DNA of 64,000 bases, taken from an uncultured Verrucomicrobiae bacterium (GTDB lineage Bacteria > Verrucomicrobiota > Verrucomicrobiia > Chthoniobacterales > JAFAMB01). Position 1 is the first letter of the stretch; every line of letters starts with the position of its first letter. The position numbers were made by a program, and so were the translations under genes. The notes below the pieces were generated by a model. It was given only the letters and a program-made list of their open reading frames with translations. It ran no database searches and had not been told where the DNA came from. This document shows positions 28,466 to 39,135 of this stretch, piece by piece. The DNA lies in NCBI GenBank assembly GCA_963762565.1, contig CAVXLD010000005.1:320001-384000 (forward strand), in the 5' to 3' direction.

Positions 28466-29281
28466 ATGGGAATCCATTCGGTAACCAACAATCCGGCTCA
28501 ACAGTCTGGCGACCAATACGCGTTGCGAATGATCAACATCGAAAAGTATTTCGGTCAGGTCCGCGCGCTCACCGACATTAACCTGGACGTCGGCCGCAAC
28601 GAGATCGTGGGGTTGATCGGGGATAATGGCGCCGGTAAATCGACCATCGTTAAAATCCTGACTGGCGTGTTTCCCCCTACCAGTGGCGAGTTATACATTG
28701 CCGGCCGCCAAGTCGATTTTCGTCGTTATAACGTCCAGAGTGCGCACGTTCACGGAATCGAAACCGTTTACCAGGATAAATCGCTCGGTGAAAAACAGGT
28801 TCTGTGGCGCAATTTCTTTATCGGACGCCAAATCGTGAATCGGTTTGGCTTCATCGACGTGAAAAAGGAAAAGGCGGTGGCCAGCGAGATTATGCTCAAC
28901 ACCATTGGTTTCCGAGGCAAAGGGATCACCGTCGAATCGACCGTGAGCCGGCTCTCCGGCGGCGAGCGCCAAGGGATCGCGATCGGGCGCGCCATGTATT
29001 TCGAGGCTGACCTCATCATCCTGGATGAACCAACCGTTGCGTTGTCGCTCAAGGAAGTCGCGAAGGTGATTAACTTCGTTCACAAGATCAAAGAGGCCGG
29101 CAAGGCCAGCATTTACATTTCTCATAGCCTCCCGGATGTGTACGAGGTTTGCGATCGGTTCGTGGTGCTGGATCGCGGCGAGATCGGGGCAAGCATCTCG
29201 AAAAAGGACATTACTTTGAAAGAGCTGGACGAGTTTCTACTCGAGTACGCTCACGGCCGGAAAGACAAGCAGCAACCATGA
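28466..29281 (+). CDS. Sugar ABC transporter ATP-binding protein (single domain)
   Basis: GDNGAGKS, LSGGERQ, ILDEPT, ISH. Confidence 0.92.
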   Translation: MGIHSVTNNPAQQSGDQYALRMINIEKYFGQVRALTDINLDVGRNEIVGLIGDNGAGKSTIVKILTGVFPPTSGELYIAGRQVDFRRYNVQSAHVHGIETVYQDKSLGEKQVLWRNFFIGRQIVNRFGFIDVKKEKAVASEIMLNTIGFRGKGITVESTVSRLSGGERQGIAIGRAMYFEADLIILDEPTVALSLKEVAKVINFVHKIKEAGKASIYISHSLPDVYEVCDRFVVLDRGEIGASISKKDITLKELDEFLLEYAHGRKDKQQP

Positions 29282-30336
29282 ATTTCGTAAAAGCAGCTTA
29301 TCGGTTTCTCGGCCGCCTCGAAGGCTTCGCCATTGCGATGGTGTTGCTGGTCCTCTACGTCGTGTTGATCTTGGCCGCTCCGGCAGTGTTCAGCAAGCCG
29401 ATGATCTACATGTCGTTTTTGGAGACCGTGCCGCCCACCCTGATCGCGGCGCTAGGGTTGACGCTCGTGATCACCGCGGGTGAGATCGATTTAAGTTTTC
29501 CAGCCGTGGTGTCGTTGTCGGGCTTCGCGCTCGCTTGGGGGTGGAGGACGTTCGACCCGGCCTACGGTGCGTTGATTGGCATCGTGCTCGCCTTGGCGGC
29601 CGGCGCTCTCGTCGGGTATATCAATGGCCTGATGGTCGCGCGGATTGGCGTCCCATCGATAATGGCAACCTTAGCCGCCAATTTCTTTTGGTACGGTATC
29701 TCGATCCTGCTCGCCGGAGGTCTCCAGCAGACATTGAAGGGGAGCGAAGACAATCTCGTTCACCAGATTCTGGTGGGCCGGCCGTTTTTTGGTATTCCAC
29801 TTCAGGCGTTGTGGTCGTTGGCGCTCGCGGTTTTTCTCTGGTTTATCCTTAACCGCCATAAGTTCGGAGAAAGCGTCATGTTCATCGGCGACAACGCCAA
29901 CGTCGCCCGGGTGATGGGGGTTAACGTCGAAGCGACACGCGTCCGGCTATTCACGTTCCAGGGCATGATCGCCGCTTTTTCTGGGATTATCGTAACCTTG
30001 GATATTGGGGTGTTCTACCCGGATCAAGGCAACTTTCTTTTGCCGGCGATGGCCTCTGTATTTGTCGGTGGAACCTCGATCGCTGGAGGCGCCGGCTCTA
30101 TCTTCGGAACCTTTTTCGGATCGTATGTCATCGGCTCCCTGGCAGCCGGCGTGGTTGCAACCACGATCAGCGGTTACTGGGTCCAGGTTGTCGAAGGCGG
30201 CGTTATGGCAGCCGTTGTGGTCCTGAACGCCGCGACGGGCAAAGGAGATTTCGCTTCGTTGTTCAGCCGATTCCGGGTCAAAGGAGTTCAGGAGTTCGGG
30301 AGTTCAGGAGTTCAGAAAGACGAACGGCCGGGGTGA
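29278..30336 (+). CDS. Sugar ABC transporter permease (RbsC-like)
   Basis: GEIDLS, VPSIMATL, IGDN..AR..GV, VGGTSIAGG; ATGA overlap with the ATPase. Confidence 0.9.
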   Translation: MNFVKAAYRFLGRLEGFAIAMVLLVLYVVLILAAPAVFSKPMIYMSFLETVPPTLIAALGLTLVITAGEIDLSFPAVVSLSGFALAWGWRTFDPAYGALIGIVLALAAGALVGYINGLMVARIGVPSIMATLAANFFWYGISILLAGGLQQTLKGSEDNLVHQILVGRPFFGIPLQALWSLALAVFLWFILNRHKFGESVMFIGDNANVARVMGVNVEATRVRLFTFQGMIAAFSGIIVTLDIGVFYPDQGNFLLPAMASVFVGGTSIAGGAGSIFGTFFGSYVIGSLAAGVVATTISGYWVQVVEGGVMAAVVVLNAATGKGDFASLFSRFRVKGVQEFGSSGVQKDERPG

Positions 30337-30610
30337 GCGTGTCGGCGTATGGCCGTATCGGCGGGGGGCACGCGTTGGGCGCTGCGAACGGATGGGACCT
30401 ATAGGACTTATGGGACTGATAGGATCCGTCCCATTAGTCCCATCGGTCCCATAAGTCCTATCTATCCGCAGCGCCCAACGCGCGCCCCCCCGCCGACACG
30501 CCCAAACGCCTTCCGAACTTCGCCCCCGCGTTTTCCGTTAACGTTCACGGCCGGACACGTTTTTTAGCGCGATTCTGAACTCCTTGAACTCCCGAACTCC
30601 TGAACTCCTT
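30281..30610. repeat. Three-level nested IR element between permease and binding protein
   Basis: Outer 30281-30317/30573-30610 (GGAGTTCA); middle cggcggggggcacgcgttgggcgctgcg / cgcagcgcccaacgcgcgcccccccgccg; inner GGGACCTAT-type 9-mers. Confidence 0.92.
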
Positions 30611-30704
30611 CCTCTTTGAGCTTTACCAAAAGCGAGAACCTTCATTTAATCAGAGCTAACCCCCTCAGCGAGTCTCGCTGAAACCACGAGTTCATTCATT
30701 TATT

Positions 30705-31712
30705 ATGAGCCCAAAAATAAAGTGTTTCTGTTCTGCTACAGCGTTCGGACTTGCGTCCGCTTTCGCTTTAGTTATGGCGCCGTTGAAGTCGTTAGGCGCC
30801 GATGGCAAGATCGTTGTTTACATGCAAATGGGCGGCGATCCGGGCATCGCCTCGGTTTTAGCCCGCACCACTGGCGCAGAGGCTGCAGCCAAAGCTCTCG
30901 GCATCGAACTGCATGAGCAGTACGCCAGCTGGGATTCAAAGAAGATGATCGACGAATTCAAGGAGGCAATTGCTGCAAAACCCGATGGCATCGAGATTAT
31001 GGGCCACCCGGGCGAAGATGCGATGGGACCATTGGTCGACCAAGCCGAGGCTCAAGGTATTATCGTGACCAGCGGCAATAACCCGCTACCCAACCTGGAA
31101 AAGAAGTACAAAGATAAAGGCTTCGGCTATGCTGGAGCGGATCTGTATGCGGGTGGCTATCTAACCGGTCAAGCCATGGTCGAAAGCGGGAAACTCAAGC
31201 CGGGCGATAAGGCGCTGGTTTGGGACATCTTCCACCAGGAAGGCCGCAGCCGAAGCTCACAGGGCGTTTTTGACGCGCTCGAGAAAACTCTCGGCAAAGG
31301 TAACGTTGAAAAGCTTGATGTAACCCAGGATATCGACAGTGATGCCACCAAGGGTATCCCGGTAATGACCGCTTATCTGGCGGCTCATCCTAACCTCAAA
31401 GCCATCGGCACCCAGCATGGCCAGCTCACTGCTATTCTGCCGAAGATTCTAAAAGATGCGGGCAAGAAACCCGGTGATGTTGTGGTAGGCGGTATTGACC
31501 TCGGTCCGGACGTCATCAAAGGCATCAAAGACGGTTACATCGTAGCCAGCTTCGATCAGGTTCTTTACCTGCAGGGTTGGGATCCGGTGATGCAAATCTG
31601 GTTAACCAAGAAGTATCTTATCCCAGGTCTACATCAGGACACCGGCGTTGGCTTGGTCACTCCAGCAAATGTCGATAAGATCGCACCTCTTATCCAGCAA
31701 GGGTATCGCTGA
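30705..31712 (+). CDS. Sugar ABC transporter substrate-binding protein
   Basis: Signal peptide, AIAAKPDGIEIMGHPG, GGIDL, DQVLYLQG. Confidence 0.88.
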   Translation: MSPKIKCFCSATAFGLASAFALVMAPLKSLGADGKIVVYMQMGGDPGIASVLARTTGAEAAAKALGIELHEQYASWDSKKMIDEFKEAIAAKPDGIEIMGHPGEDAMGPLVDQAEAQGIIVTSGNNPLPNLEKKYKDKGFGYAGADLYAGGYLTGQAMVESGKLKPGDKALVWDIFHQEGRSRSSQGVFDALEKTLGKGNVEKLDVTQDIDSDATKGIPVMTAYLAAHPNLKAIGTQHGQLTAILPKILKDAGKKPGDVVVGGIDLGPDVIKGIKDGYIVASFDQVLYLQGWDPVMQIWLTKKYLIPGLHQDTGVGLVTPANVDKIAPLIQQGYR

Positions 31713-31716
31713 TTAT

Positions 31717-32016
31717 GGTAGGGCGAGGCGCCGCCTGGAGGGGAGCCGCTTTGGCACGCTCTTGATGATCTTGCCAGGTTCGTGTCAGAACGTGCCAGGC
31801 TAAAAGGCGTGATAGCAGGCGGCTCCTGGGAGTTACCCAGCGTGGCGTTTTGCCCGGGACCTCGCATCGTCTTTCCCGGTTCGGCGATCATTGTGGAGTT
31901 GCAGACCACTGGGCGGCTCCCGCGAGCCGCCTGTTTAACCCATTTTGTATGCTACACGACGCCCAGGAACGAACTTCGCGCGCTTCGTAAGCTACGGCGT
32001 AAGCGGCTCCCCTCCA
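31717..32016. repeat. REP-like IR element between convergent genes
   Basis: GGTAGGGCGAGGC start; 16 bp perfect IR 31736-31751/32001-32016. Confidence 0.7.
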
Positions 32017-32029
32017 AATTTGGTGGCGT

Positions 32030-33070
32030 CTATTTCCCCTCAACCCGAATTTGTGCTTTCACACAATCCGGCGGCATGTGTAACGCGAAATTGAACGCGT
32101 CCACACTCTCGCGGAATTCAAACGTCCGGCTGATCAACGGCTTTACATCGATCTTACCGGAGCCCATGAGGGCTAATGCCCGCGGATAAACGTGTGCGTA
32201 CCGGAACACGGTTTCGACGGACGCTTCTTTTGCACTGAAGGCCACTATATCGATAGGCACCGGCTGGATCGGTAAACCGATAAAAACGATACGGCCGCCA
32301 GGACAGAGTGGCTCATGCACGGTCTTGATTGCGGGTGGTGCGCCGCTGGCTTCAAAAACGATGTCTGCACCCCAGCCGTCCGTCAGATCATCAATCACTT
32401 CGCGTAGATTCTCATTTGTCAGGTTTATCGGGCGGATGGGTCCCAGTTTCGCGGCCAGATCCAGTTTGGGCTGCAGGACATCCGTCATGACGACCTGGCT
32501 ACAGCCGCCCGCGAGAGCTGCCAGCGCTGTCACATTGCCGATCGGTCCTGCTCCCATGACCACGGCCACATCTCCCGGCTTAATCTTAGCCTTTACCGAC
32601 GCGTGCATGCCGACCGCTAACGGTTCTACCATTGCACCTTCAGCAAAGCTGACGTTGTCCGGTAGACGAAAGGTGTACGCTGCCGGATGGACCACGAATG
32701 GCGTGAGGCACCCATGCACGGGTGGAGTGGCCCAGAATCGAACCGCCGGATCTAGATTGTAGATGCCTAACCGGCTAGCACGGCTGTTTGGGTCCGGTAT
32801 ACCCGGTTCCATACAAACCCGGTCGCCGGCCCGTAAGTTTTTCACCTCGTTTCCGATCTCGACCACGGTGCCGGCCGCTTCGTGCCCCAGCACCATCGGT
32901 GATTTAACCACAAACGGCCCGATCTGGCCGTATTCGTAATAGTGCACATCACTGCCGCAAATACCGACCGTGTGAATCGCGATCTTTACATCATGCGGTC
33001 CAACGGTAACCGGCAAATCGATTTCTCGCAGAGATAGTTCGCCTTTTCGTTCCAGGACTAAAGCTTCCAT
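32030..33070 (-). CDS. Zn-dependent polyol dehydrogenase (xylitol dehydrogenase/D-xylulose reductase-like)
   Basis: CGSDVH, GHE, MEPGIPD...YNLDP (no structural-Zn cysteines), FWATPP, GAGPIG, VFRYA. Confidence 0.85.
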   Translation of the reverse strand: MEALVLERKGELSLREIDLPVTVGPHDVKIAIHTVGICGSDVHYYEYGQIGPFVVKSPMVLGHEAAGTVVEIGNEVKNLRAGDRVCMEPGIPDPNSRASRLGIYNLDPAVRFWATPPVHGCLTPFVVHPAAYTFRLPDNVSFAEGAMVEPLAVGMHASVKAKIKPGDVAVVMGAGPIGNVTALAALAGGCSQVVMTDVLQPKLDLAAKLGPIRPINLTNENLREVIDDLTDGWGADIVFEASGAPPAIKTVHEPLCPGGRIVFIGLPIQPVPIDIVAFSAKEASVETVFRYAHVYPRALALMGSGKIDVKPLISRTFEFRESVDAFNFALHMPPDCVKAQIRVEGK

Positions 33071-33147
33071 AGGGGAGGAGTTTCTTTCGGTAAATTTCTA
33101 AACTCTAGACGATGTCTCGGTGAGGTTCTACCGCTTGATTTGGCGGA

Positions 33148-33660
33148 GGCCGTGGAGCGCTGCCTCGCTTGCGAGGCCGAAAGGGGTCGCCATCCGTGGA
33201 GCGCGCCTCGCTTGCGAGGCCGTGGTGAACAAGGCGATATCGGGAATGGACACGGTTCCTTACCTGCGCTCTGTAACGGCCCGATTTGAGCTGAGGACTG
33301 GATCGCTATCTGGTCTTGCAATCACGATATCTTCCGATCCCGGGTCCGGTGGCTAATTGCCGTACGATAGAGCACTGTACGAGCAGGCGTTTATTTAACT
33401 GTGTCGCCCTGTTTACCACGGCCTCGCAAGCGAGGCACGCTCCACGGGGTGGCGACCCCTTCGGCCTCGCAAGCGAGGCACGCTCCACGGGGTGGCGACC
33501 CCTTCGGCCTCGCAAGCGAGGCACGCTCCACCGGGGTGGCGACCCCTTCGGCCTCGCAAGCGAGGCACGCTCCACCGGGGTGGCGACCCCTTCGGCCTCG
33601 CAAGCGAGGCAGCGCTCCACGGGTGGCGACCCTACGGCCTCGTCAGCGAGTCAGCGCCCC
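33148..33660. repeat. REP-like array: 2 units facing 5 (+1 degenerate) inverted units of 42-44 bp
   Basis: Units start at 33419, 33462, 33505, 33549, 33593, 33635; core palindrome GCCTCGCAAGCGAGGC. Confidence 0.92.
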
Positions 33661-33715
33661 GGCGGAATCCGCATTGCGAAGCAATACCCAGTCGGGTATT
33701 CTCCTCGCATTCCGC

Positions 33716-35629
33716 ATGAAGTTTGTTCGTGTTAACGTTCGGCTCCCGGGCGTTAGTACGCGAATCGGAGCCGGCAGCCTGATACCAGTGTTTCAGGCTT
33801 ATCATGGTATCACCGAGGCCGAACACCAGGCCTACATCGATAAATGGTCCGCGCAAGGTTACCGGATCATCTCGCTCAGTGTATATGGCGATCCGGATCG
33901 CCCTCTTTACGCTGCGGTTTGGCTACATCGCGCCGGACCGGCATGGCAAGAGGTGCATGGGGTCGATGCGAACGGTTATCAAGCATTTCTCGATACTTGG
34001 ACAGCGAGAGGGTATGCCCCAGTTTTAGTGTCGGCGACTGGGACACTTGGTAATGCCATATTCGCGGCGGTACTCGAACGGGACATAAACGGACCTTGGC
34101 TAGCGCGCCACGGCATGCCGAGCGGATCAGCACAGGTGAGCGGCACCTTTGAGAATGAGAACGCGAAAGCAACCGCAGAGAGAATGATTCTTCAGTCCGT
34201 GGCAGTCTACGGAACTAGAGAGGACCCGCGCTATGCGGCCGTTTGGCGCTCGAACCTGCTCTATGTGAAGTGGCATGTCCATTCGTCGGATTCCGGGGCG
34301 AACTATCAGGTGGTATTCAATGCTGAGACCAGGCTACCGGGGTACGATCTCGCGGCCTATCGTCCGGCTTATATCGCTCTATCTCGTGAGTTGTCCTATT
34401 GCTCAGTCTTCAAGGACGATGTGGTAGGCCCGTGGGTGATGCGCCATGGGATGACCGGGGCAGAGTACCAAGCCGAATTCGATCACCAGGTTGCTAATGG
34501 GTTTTACCCCATTTGTGTGCAAGGCGGCGGATCGACCGCGAACCCTTTCTATGCCGCGATCTTCGCCACCCGAGACACCTCTTTGAGCCGGGAGTGGACG
34601 ATTACCGGGGAAGGAGTTCCGGATCTAGCTGAGCTAGACCAAATAATGCAGCGATTTATGCAAGCGAATGGAGTTCGCGCAGCCCAACTAGCAGTTGGCA
34701 CACGTGGCATAACTCTATTTTCACACGCTTACACCTGGGCCGAGCCTGGATACCGAATTACACAACCTTCCACCAGATTCTTGCTGGCGGGTTGCAGCCG
34801 AATATTCGTCGAGGCCGCGATTCAATCTTTATACAACGACGACAAATTAAAACCTGCTACTCCGGTTTACCCGTTGCTCGGATTCTCTAACCCATTAGAC
34901 CCGCGGAGCGACACGATTACGATACAGCAGCTCTTAGATCAGAACTCGGGGTACGACGATAGCCTGGCCGGTTTCGATCCGACGTATAATATGCGCGCAA
35001 TTGCGTTAGAGCTGGGTCTGAATCATCCGGTAACCAAGCTGGATGTCGCCCGCTACATGTACGGAAGGATGCTGGATTTCACGCCGGGCACGGCACAGAA
35101 AGAATCAAACTATGGTTATCTTTTGGCCGGAGCGGTTGTCGAACGTCTCACTGGTACAGCCTACATAGAATATATAGAAGAACGGTTATTAACACCGGCC
35201 GGAATCAGTGAAGCGAAGATCGTGTCAACGCTACCCTCAGAACGCACGACTGATGATGTAATTATGGAAGATCAAGGGTTGGGCCTGAGCCCGGTTGACT
35301 TCCGCTCGCCGCCTCAAGCGCCCTGTGTATATGGCGGTAACGGACAGATCAATGAGGTAGGAGACGCCAATTATGGGATGGGAGCTTCGGCCCAGGCATT
35401 GACCCAGTTTATTCATCGGTACGCAGTCTGGGGTAACGGCCCTCGATCCCCTGGTTATAGCCGGAGCGGCAGCGGGCCAGGCGCATCGTGTGTGGCATCG
35501 TCCCGAACGGATGAAGTCGATTGGGCCGTTACTATCAACACGCGAGATTGGCCGCCCTCCGCCTCAGTAACGCTGACCGATCTCGGCAATGTGATTGATG
35601 AATCGCTCAATCGAATCACGATTACCTAG
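33716..35629 (+). CDS. Tandem-repeat (polyglycine-hydrolase-like) N-terminus + beta-lactamase-fold domain, catalytic motifs degenerate
   Basis: Repeats HG....YQA.....GY.....S..G......YAA.W; FLLAGCSR, TIQQLL, PGTAQKESNYGY; start uncertain (33716 or GTG 33788). Confidence 0.75.
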   Translation: MKFVRVNVRLPGVSTRIGAGSLIPVFQAYHGITEAEHQAYIDKWSAQGYRIISLSVYGDPDRPLYAAVWLHRAGPAWQEVHGVDANGYQAFLDTWTARGYAPVLVSATGTLGNAIFAAVLERDINGPWLARHGMPSGSAQVSGTFENENAKATAERMILQSVAVYGTREDPRYAAVWRSNLLYVKWHVHSSDSGANYQVVFNAETRLPGYDLAAYRPAYIALSRELSYCSVFKDDVVGPWVMRHGMTGAEYQAEFDHQVANGFYPICVQGGGSTANPFYAAIFATRDTSLSREWTITGEGVPDLAELDQIMQRFMQANGVRAAQLAVGTRGITLFSHAYTWAEPGYRITQPSTRFLLAGCSRIFVEAAIQSLYNDDKLKPATPVYPLLGFSNPLDPRSDTITIQQLLDQNSGYDDSLAGFDPTYNMRAIALELGLNHPVTKLDVARYMYGRMLDFTPGTAQKESNYGYLLAGAVVERLTGTAYIEYIEERLLTPAGISEAKIVSTLPSERTTDDVIMEDQGLGLSPVDFRSPPQAPCVYGGNGQINEVGDANYGMGASAQALTQFIHRYAVWGNGPRSPGYSRSGSGPGASCVASSRTDEVDWAVTINTRDWPPSASVTLTDLGNVIDESLNRITIT

Positions 35630-35819
35630 CGGCGCCCTCGAGCCCTTCGCCAGGGGGCGCTGTCTGTCCGCCGGTTCGGGAATTTGAAACGCAGCGCAGG
35701 CTTGCTTGGACAGACCGGATTATGTTAAGCGAAACACCCTGCGTGTCTCATCAAGGTACAGGCACTTCGCAGCATTAGGATCACTGATTCAGGATGATCT
35801 GGAAAAGAAAGAAAAAATT

Positions 35820-37892
35820 ATGCAGCCCTTCTTCACTTTCGCGAGTCGCGCATTACCGACTCAGCTTGCTGCCGGCGCCGCTAAGCTGCGCCGAGTTTGG
35901 ATAGTAATACTAGGCGGATTAGTTTCGCCTGGGATTGCATACGGTGGAACTTTTGCCCAGTTAGCGACAGACGTTTCGCCGTTAGTTGCCCAATCAAAGC
36001 TCATCTCACCAACCGGTCCCAACCAGGAGATCAGTGTCGTTCTTGTTGTGCCGCTGAAGGATGCAAACGGCGCAACCGAATTCGCAGAGCGCGTTTCAAA
36101 GCCAGGCGACGAACTTTTTGGTCAGTTTATTACGCCCGCGGAGTTCGCCGCTCGCTATGGAGCAGGTGAAAGTGATTACAGCTTGGTAAAAAATTGGGCC
36201 AAAGATAATCAATTGAAAATCACCGACGATTCGGTGAGTCGAACTACCCTTACGGTGACAGGCAAAGTGTCGCAGTTTGAAGCGCTGTTTAATGTCCAGC
36301 TCAATAACTACCGATCACCAAACGGTGATGAGTTTTACTCGGCTAGCACTGCACCGATTATTCCGTCCCGGATTGCCGGGCAAATAATGGCAGTGGTCGG
36401 ACTAAGCAGCTCGATTCACTACGCGCCGCTGAGCAAAATCTATCGAAGGCTGGGCGAAAATCCTTTACCCGCAATGAAGGCCGATACTGCCGGAGGAAGC
36501 GGCCCCGGAGGCGCTTTCAATACCGACGACTTGCGCGACGCGTACAACACGCCGGATTTGCACGGCACTGTGCGGCAAAAAGTAGCCGTGTTCGAACAAG
36601 GTGGTTACGCTCAGACCGACATTGACAGGTACATCGCGAATAACCGTTTACCGAACGTTTTAGTTAAGCCTCGTTTGGTTAACGGATACAAAGGCGGAGT
36701 CAACGATCCGAACATTGAACTCGAGGCAGTGCTTGATGTCGACATGATCATGGCCATGAATCGGGCCGTTAACGAAGTGTTAGTTTACGAGGACGGCAAA
36801 GATTCGTTTGACGTAGCCCTGCTGGATGCTCTGGCGGATGTCGCCAGCGACAACGCAGTTCAGACTTTTAGTATCTCGTATGGCCAGGATGAACGCCAGG
36901 CCGGGGCAAAGCGGATGGACGCCGAAAACCAAATATTCGTCCAACTCGCGGCTCAAGGAGTAACTGTGTTTGTCAGTTCCGGAGACAACGGCGCTTACGG
37001 CGATACCGGGATCGGCTATAACGCCAGTGATCCTGGCGCGCAACCACTGATTACCTCCGTCGGAGGCACAACGCTCTTTACCGGGAAAGATGCGTCTTAC
37101 GGTGACGAAGAAGCCTGGAACTTGCTGGTCAGTGGTTTAGGCGCTACCGGAGGTGGAGTCAGTGCTCATTGGACAATCCCTAATTGGCAGCCTCCATCGG
37201 AGGTTACCCCGAACGGAGGATCTGCTACCTACCGCAATTTCCCAGACGTTGCCGCCGTAGGTAACCCGGAGACGGGCGTGGCGGTGTACTCAGCGATCAA
37301 CGGAGGCTGGGTGCAGGTAGGAGGAACCAGCGTAGCTGCTCCGCTTTGGGCGGGTTATATCAGCTTGCTGAACTCAGCTCTACAGACCGTCGGTTTTCCC
37401 CGGCTCGGTTTTTTAAACCCTGCTTTTTATCCATTCGCGAACCAATATTACGGGGAGTATGGAGTCTTGCACGACGTCTTTGACGGCACTAACGGGAATT
37501 CGACCGAGTACCCTGATCTTCCCGGTTATTCTGCAGGACTCGGCTATGATAATTGCACCGGTTGGGGATCGATGAACGGGCAGGGCTTTGCCGCTGCGTG
37601 GCTGCTAACGCCGATCAAGGAAGGACAGAAACCGGGTGAGGCTGGGGGATTGAAAGGAACCGCGCAAACCAACACGGCTAAGCTGTCTTGGGACCCGGCA
37701 AATGGTGCAACCGGATATCTGGTAGAAGCGGATCCACCGAACGACGCGCTGCCGCTTAATTTTGTCTCTAAAGGCACGAGCACCGAAATCACGGGTCTGA
37801 CACCAAGGACAACCTACCGGATCGTCGTGTTCGCGCTGAACGAGAGTGGTAATACGGTGATTAAGAATCAGATTGTGCTGACTACGAAATAA
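35820..37892 (+). CDS. Sedolisin (S53) peptidase with prodomain and C-terminal FN3 domain
   Basis: EAVLD, SISYG, SSGDNG, GGTSVAAP, GYDNCTGWG; LSW...GLTPRTTYRIVVFALN. Confidence 0.92.
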   Translation: MQPFFTFASRALPTQLAAGAAKLRRVWIVILGGLVSPGIAYGGTFAQLATDVSPLVAQSKLISPTGPNQEISVVLVVPLKDANGATEFAERVSKPGDELFGQFITPAEFAARYGAGESDYSLVKNWAKDNQLKITDDSVSRTTLTVTGKVSQFEALFNVQLNNYRSPNGDEFYSASTAPIIPSRIAGQIMAVVGLSSSIHYAPLSKIYRRLGENPLPAMKADTAGGSGPGGAFNTDDLRDAYNTPDLHGTVRQKVAVFEQGGYAQTDIDRYIANNRLPNVLVKPRLVNGYKGGVNDPNIELEAVLDVDMIMAMNRAVNEVLVYEDGKDSFDVALLDALADVASDNAVQTFSISYGQDERQAGAKRMDAENQIFVQLAAQGVTVFVSSGDNGAYGDTGIGYNASDPGAQPLITSVGGTTLFTGKDASYGDEEAWNLLVSGLGATGGGVSAHWTIPNWQPPSEVTPNGGSATYRNFPDVAAVGNPETGVAVYSAINGGWVQVGGTSVAAPLWAGYISLLNSALQTVGFPRLGFLNPAFYPFANQYYGEYGVLHDVFDGTNGNSTEYPDLPGYSAGLGYDNCTGWGSMNGQGFAAAWLLTPIKEGQKPGEAGGLKGTAQTNTAKLSWDPANGATGYLVEADPPNDALPLNFVSKGTSTEITGLTPRTTYRIVVFALNESGNTVIKNQIVLTTK

Positions 37893-38001
37893 CAATCACT
37901 GCGCTGAATGGCGGGAATACCGAGGTATACACAGGAACAGTTAGCGCCGTCGCCCGCGACGCTTCACCCGGACCAGAGCCTGAAACCCACGCACTGACTG
38001 G

Positions 38002-38568
38002 TCACACATGCAACCGATAAAAAAGCAGCCCGACATAGAAAAGGAAAAGCAATGCGCTGACGGGTGCTAGTATTTTATGAAACCATTCCCACCGTAGGAT
38101 GATCGCGGCGATAGCGATGAGTCCAAAAGCGGATTGAAAATCTAGGTCGAGCGGGCGGGGGAGACGATTATAGAGAGCCAGCTCCTTCGCCAAGCTAAAG
38201 ACGACACTGCTGAGCAGCGCGCTGAAGAACCAGTGCCGATGAGCGAAATAATGTTCCCGCAGATCGACAATCGCGTCTCCTTTCGGGTCGGGCAGGACTA
38301 AGGCTGCGATCATATAAACGCTGACCGCCTGCAAAACGATAACTAGGAGCCCCAAGAAATTCCAGGTCGCCTGCTGATGCATGCTGAAAGCCGCCCACCA
38401 ACCCTGGATCGCCACCAGAAGAGCCATCCCGGTCCAAATCACGGTCGGCGTGTAAAGCTTCACCTTCTTCCTAGTCAAGATCAGACCGCGCACCCCCTGT
38501 AAGACCTGCGCGATAGCTAATCCCAGGATGATCGAGATCAGGACCGACAGATAGTTGAAGGACTCCAT
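38002..38568 (-). CDS. Hypothetical multi-pass membrane protein
   Basis: FNYLSVLISIILGLAI, QGWW, LVLPD, DLREHYF; about 6 hydrophobic segments. Confidence 0.8.
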   Translation of the reverse strand: MESFNYLSVLISIILGLAIAQVLQGVRGLILTRKKVKLYTPTVIWTGMALLVAIQGWWAAFSMHQQATWNFLGLLVIVLQAVSVYMIAALVLPDPKGDAIVDLREHYFAHRHWFFSALLSSVVFSLAKELALYNRLPRPLDLDFQSAFGLIAIAAIILRWEWFHKILAPVSALLFLFYVGLLFYRLHV

Positions 38569-38659
38569 AGTAGGAAGTTAACACTGCATGTGGAGCGTGC
38601 CTCGCTTGCGAGGCCGACCCTTAGCGTGCCGCTACACTTGCAGCCTTAATTATCTCAGC

Positions 38660-39050
38660 CAAGCCTAAAAGCAATCGAAGCGAGGGTCAGCTTTTTGCTC
38701 GATTATGGGACTTTCCGCGCTGCTGGGCCTAGGCGCTTAATCGTCCTTCAATCCCGCGGCGCGTTTGGCTTCCTCAATAGCGGTCTCTTTTTTACCGAGA
38801 AGTGCATCGACTATTAACAGGAATCGTCGAACCGGCAAATTGTCCGTCGTCCTCGCCACCATTCATCTGTTCGATCAGTGCCGAGGCTTGCTGCCAGTCC
38901 CGCTCCCACAACGCAATGTTAAGACGGCAAGTTAGAACTCCCCGATCCTCTGCCATTGAGGCCGGAAGGGCGGCAAGCGTCGAACGCAGCGCTGTATCGT
39001 CTGCACTGTTCATGCCGAGATCTACTCAGATGAACACTTCCGACAAGTGA
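38660..39050 (-). pseudogene. Internally deleted remnant of a TPR-rich C-terminus
   Basis: Disjoint pieces ALWERDWQQA, KKETAIEEAKRAAGL and ADPRFD resemble the C-termini of TolB-like/TPR kinase or cyclase proteins. Confidence 0.5.
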
Positions 39051-39135
39051 GAATTTTTAGGAGTCCGAACTTGCTGCCTCTGCTGTCCGAGATTCGGTTG
39101 GAAAGGCCCGGAATAAACGTGGCATAATCGGCCGC

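Noticed and set aside
31751..31768. Sigma54 promoter TTGGCACG
   Set aside because: It lacks the -12 GC and lies between convergent genes.
33419..33660. CRISPR array
   Set aside because: The linkers between palindromes are near-identical rather than unique spacers, the period is only 42-44 bp, and there are no cas genes.
33306..33735. Several repetitive ORFs, and the 105 aa N-terminal extension of ORF 33401
   Set aside because: Products of the REP array; no RBS or domain signal.
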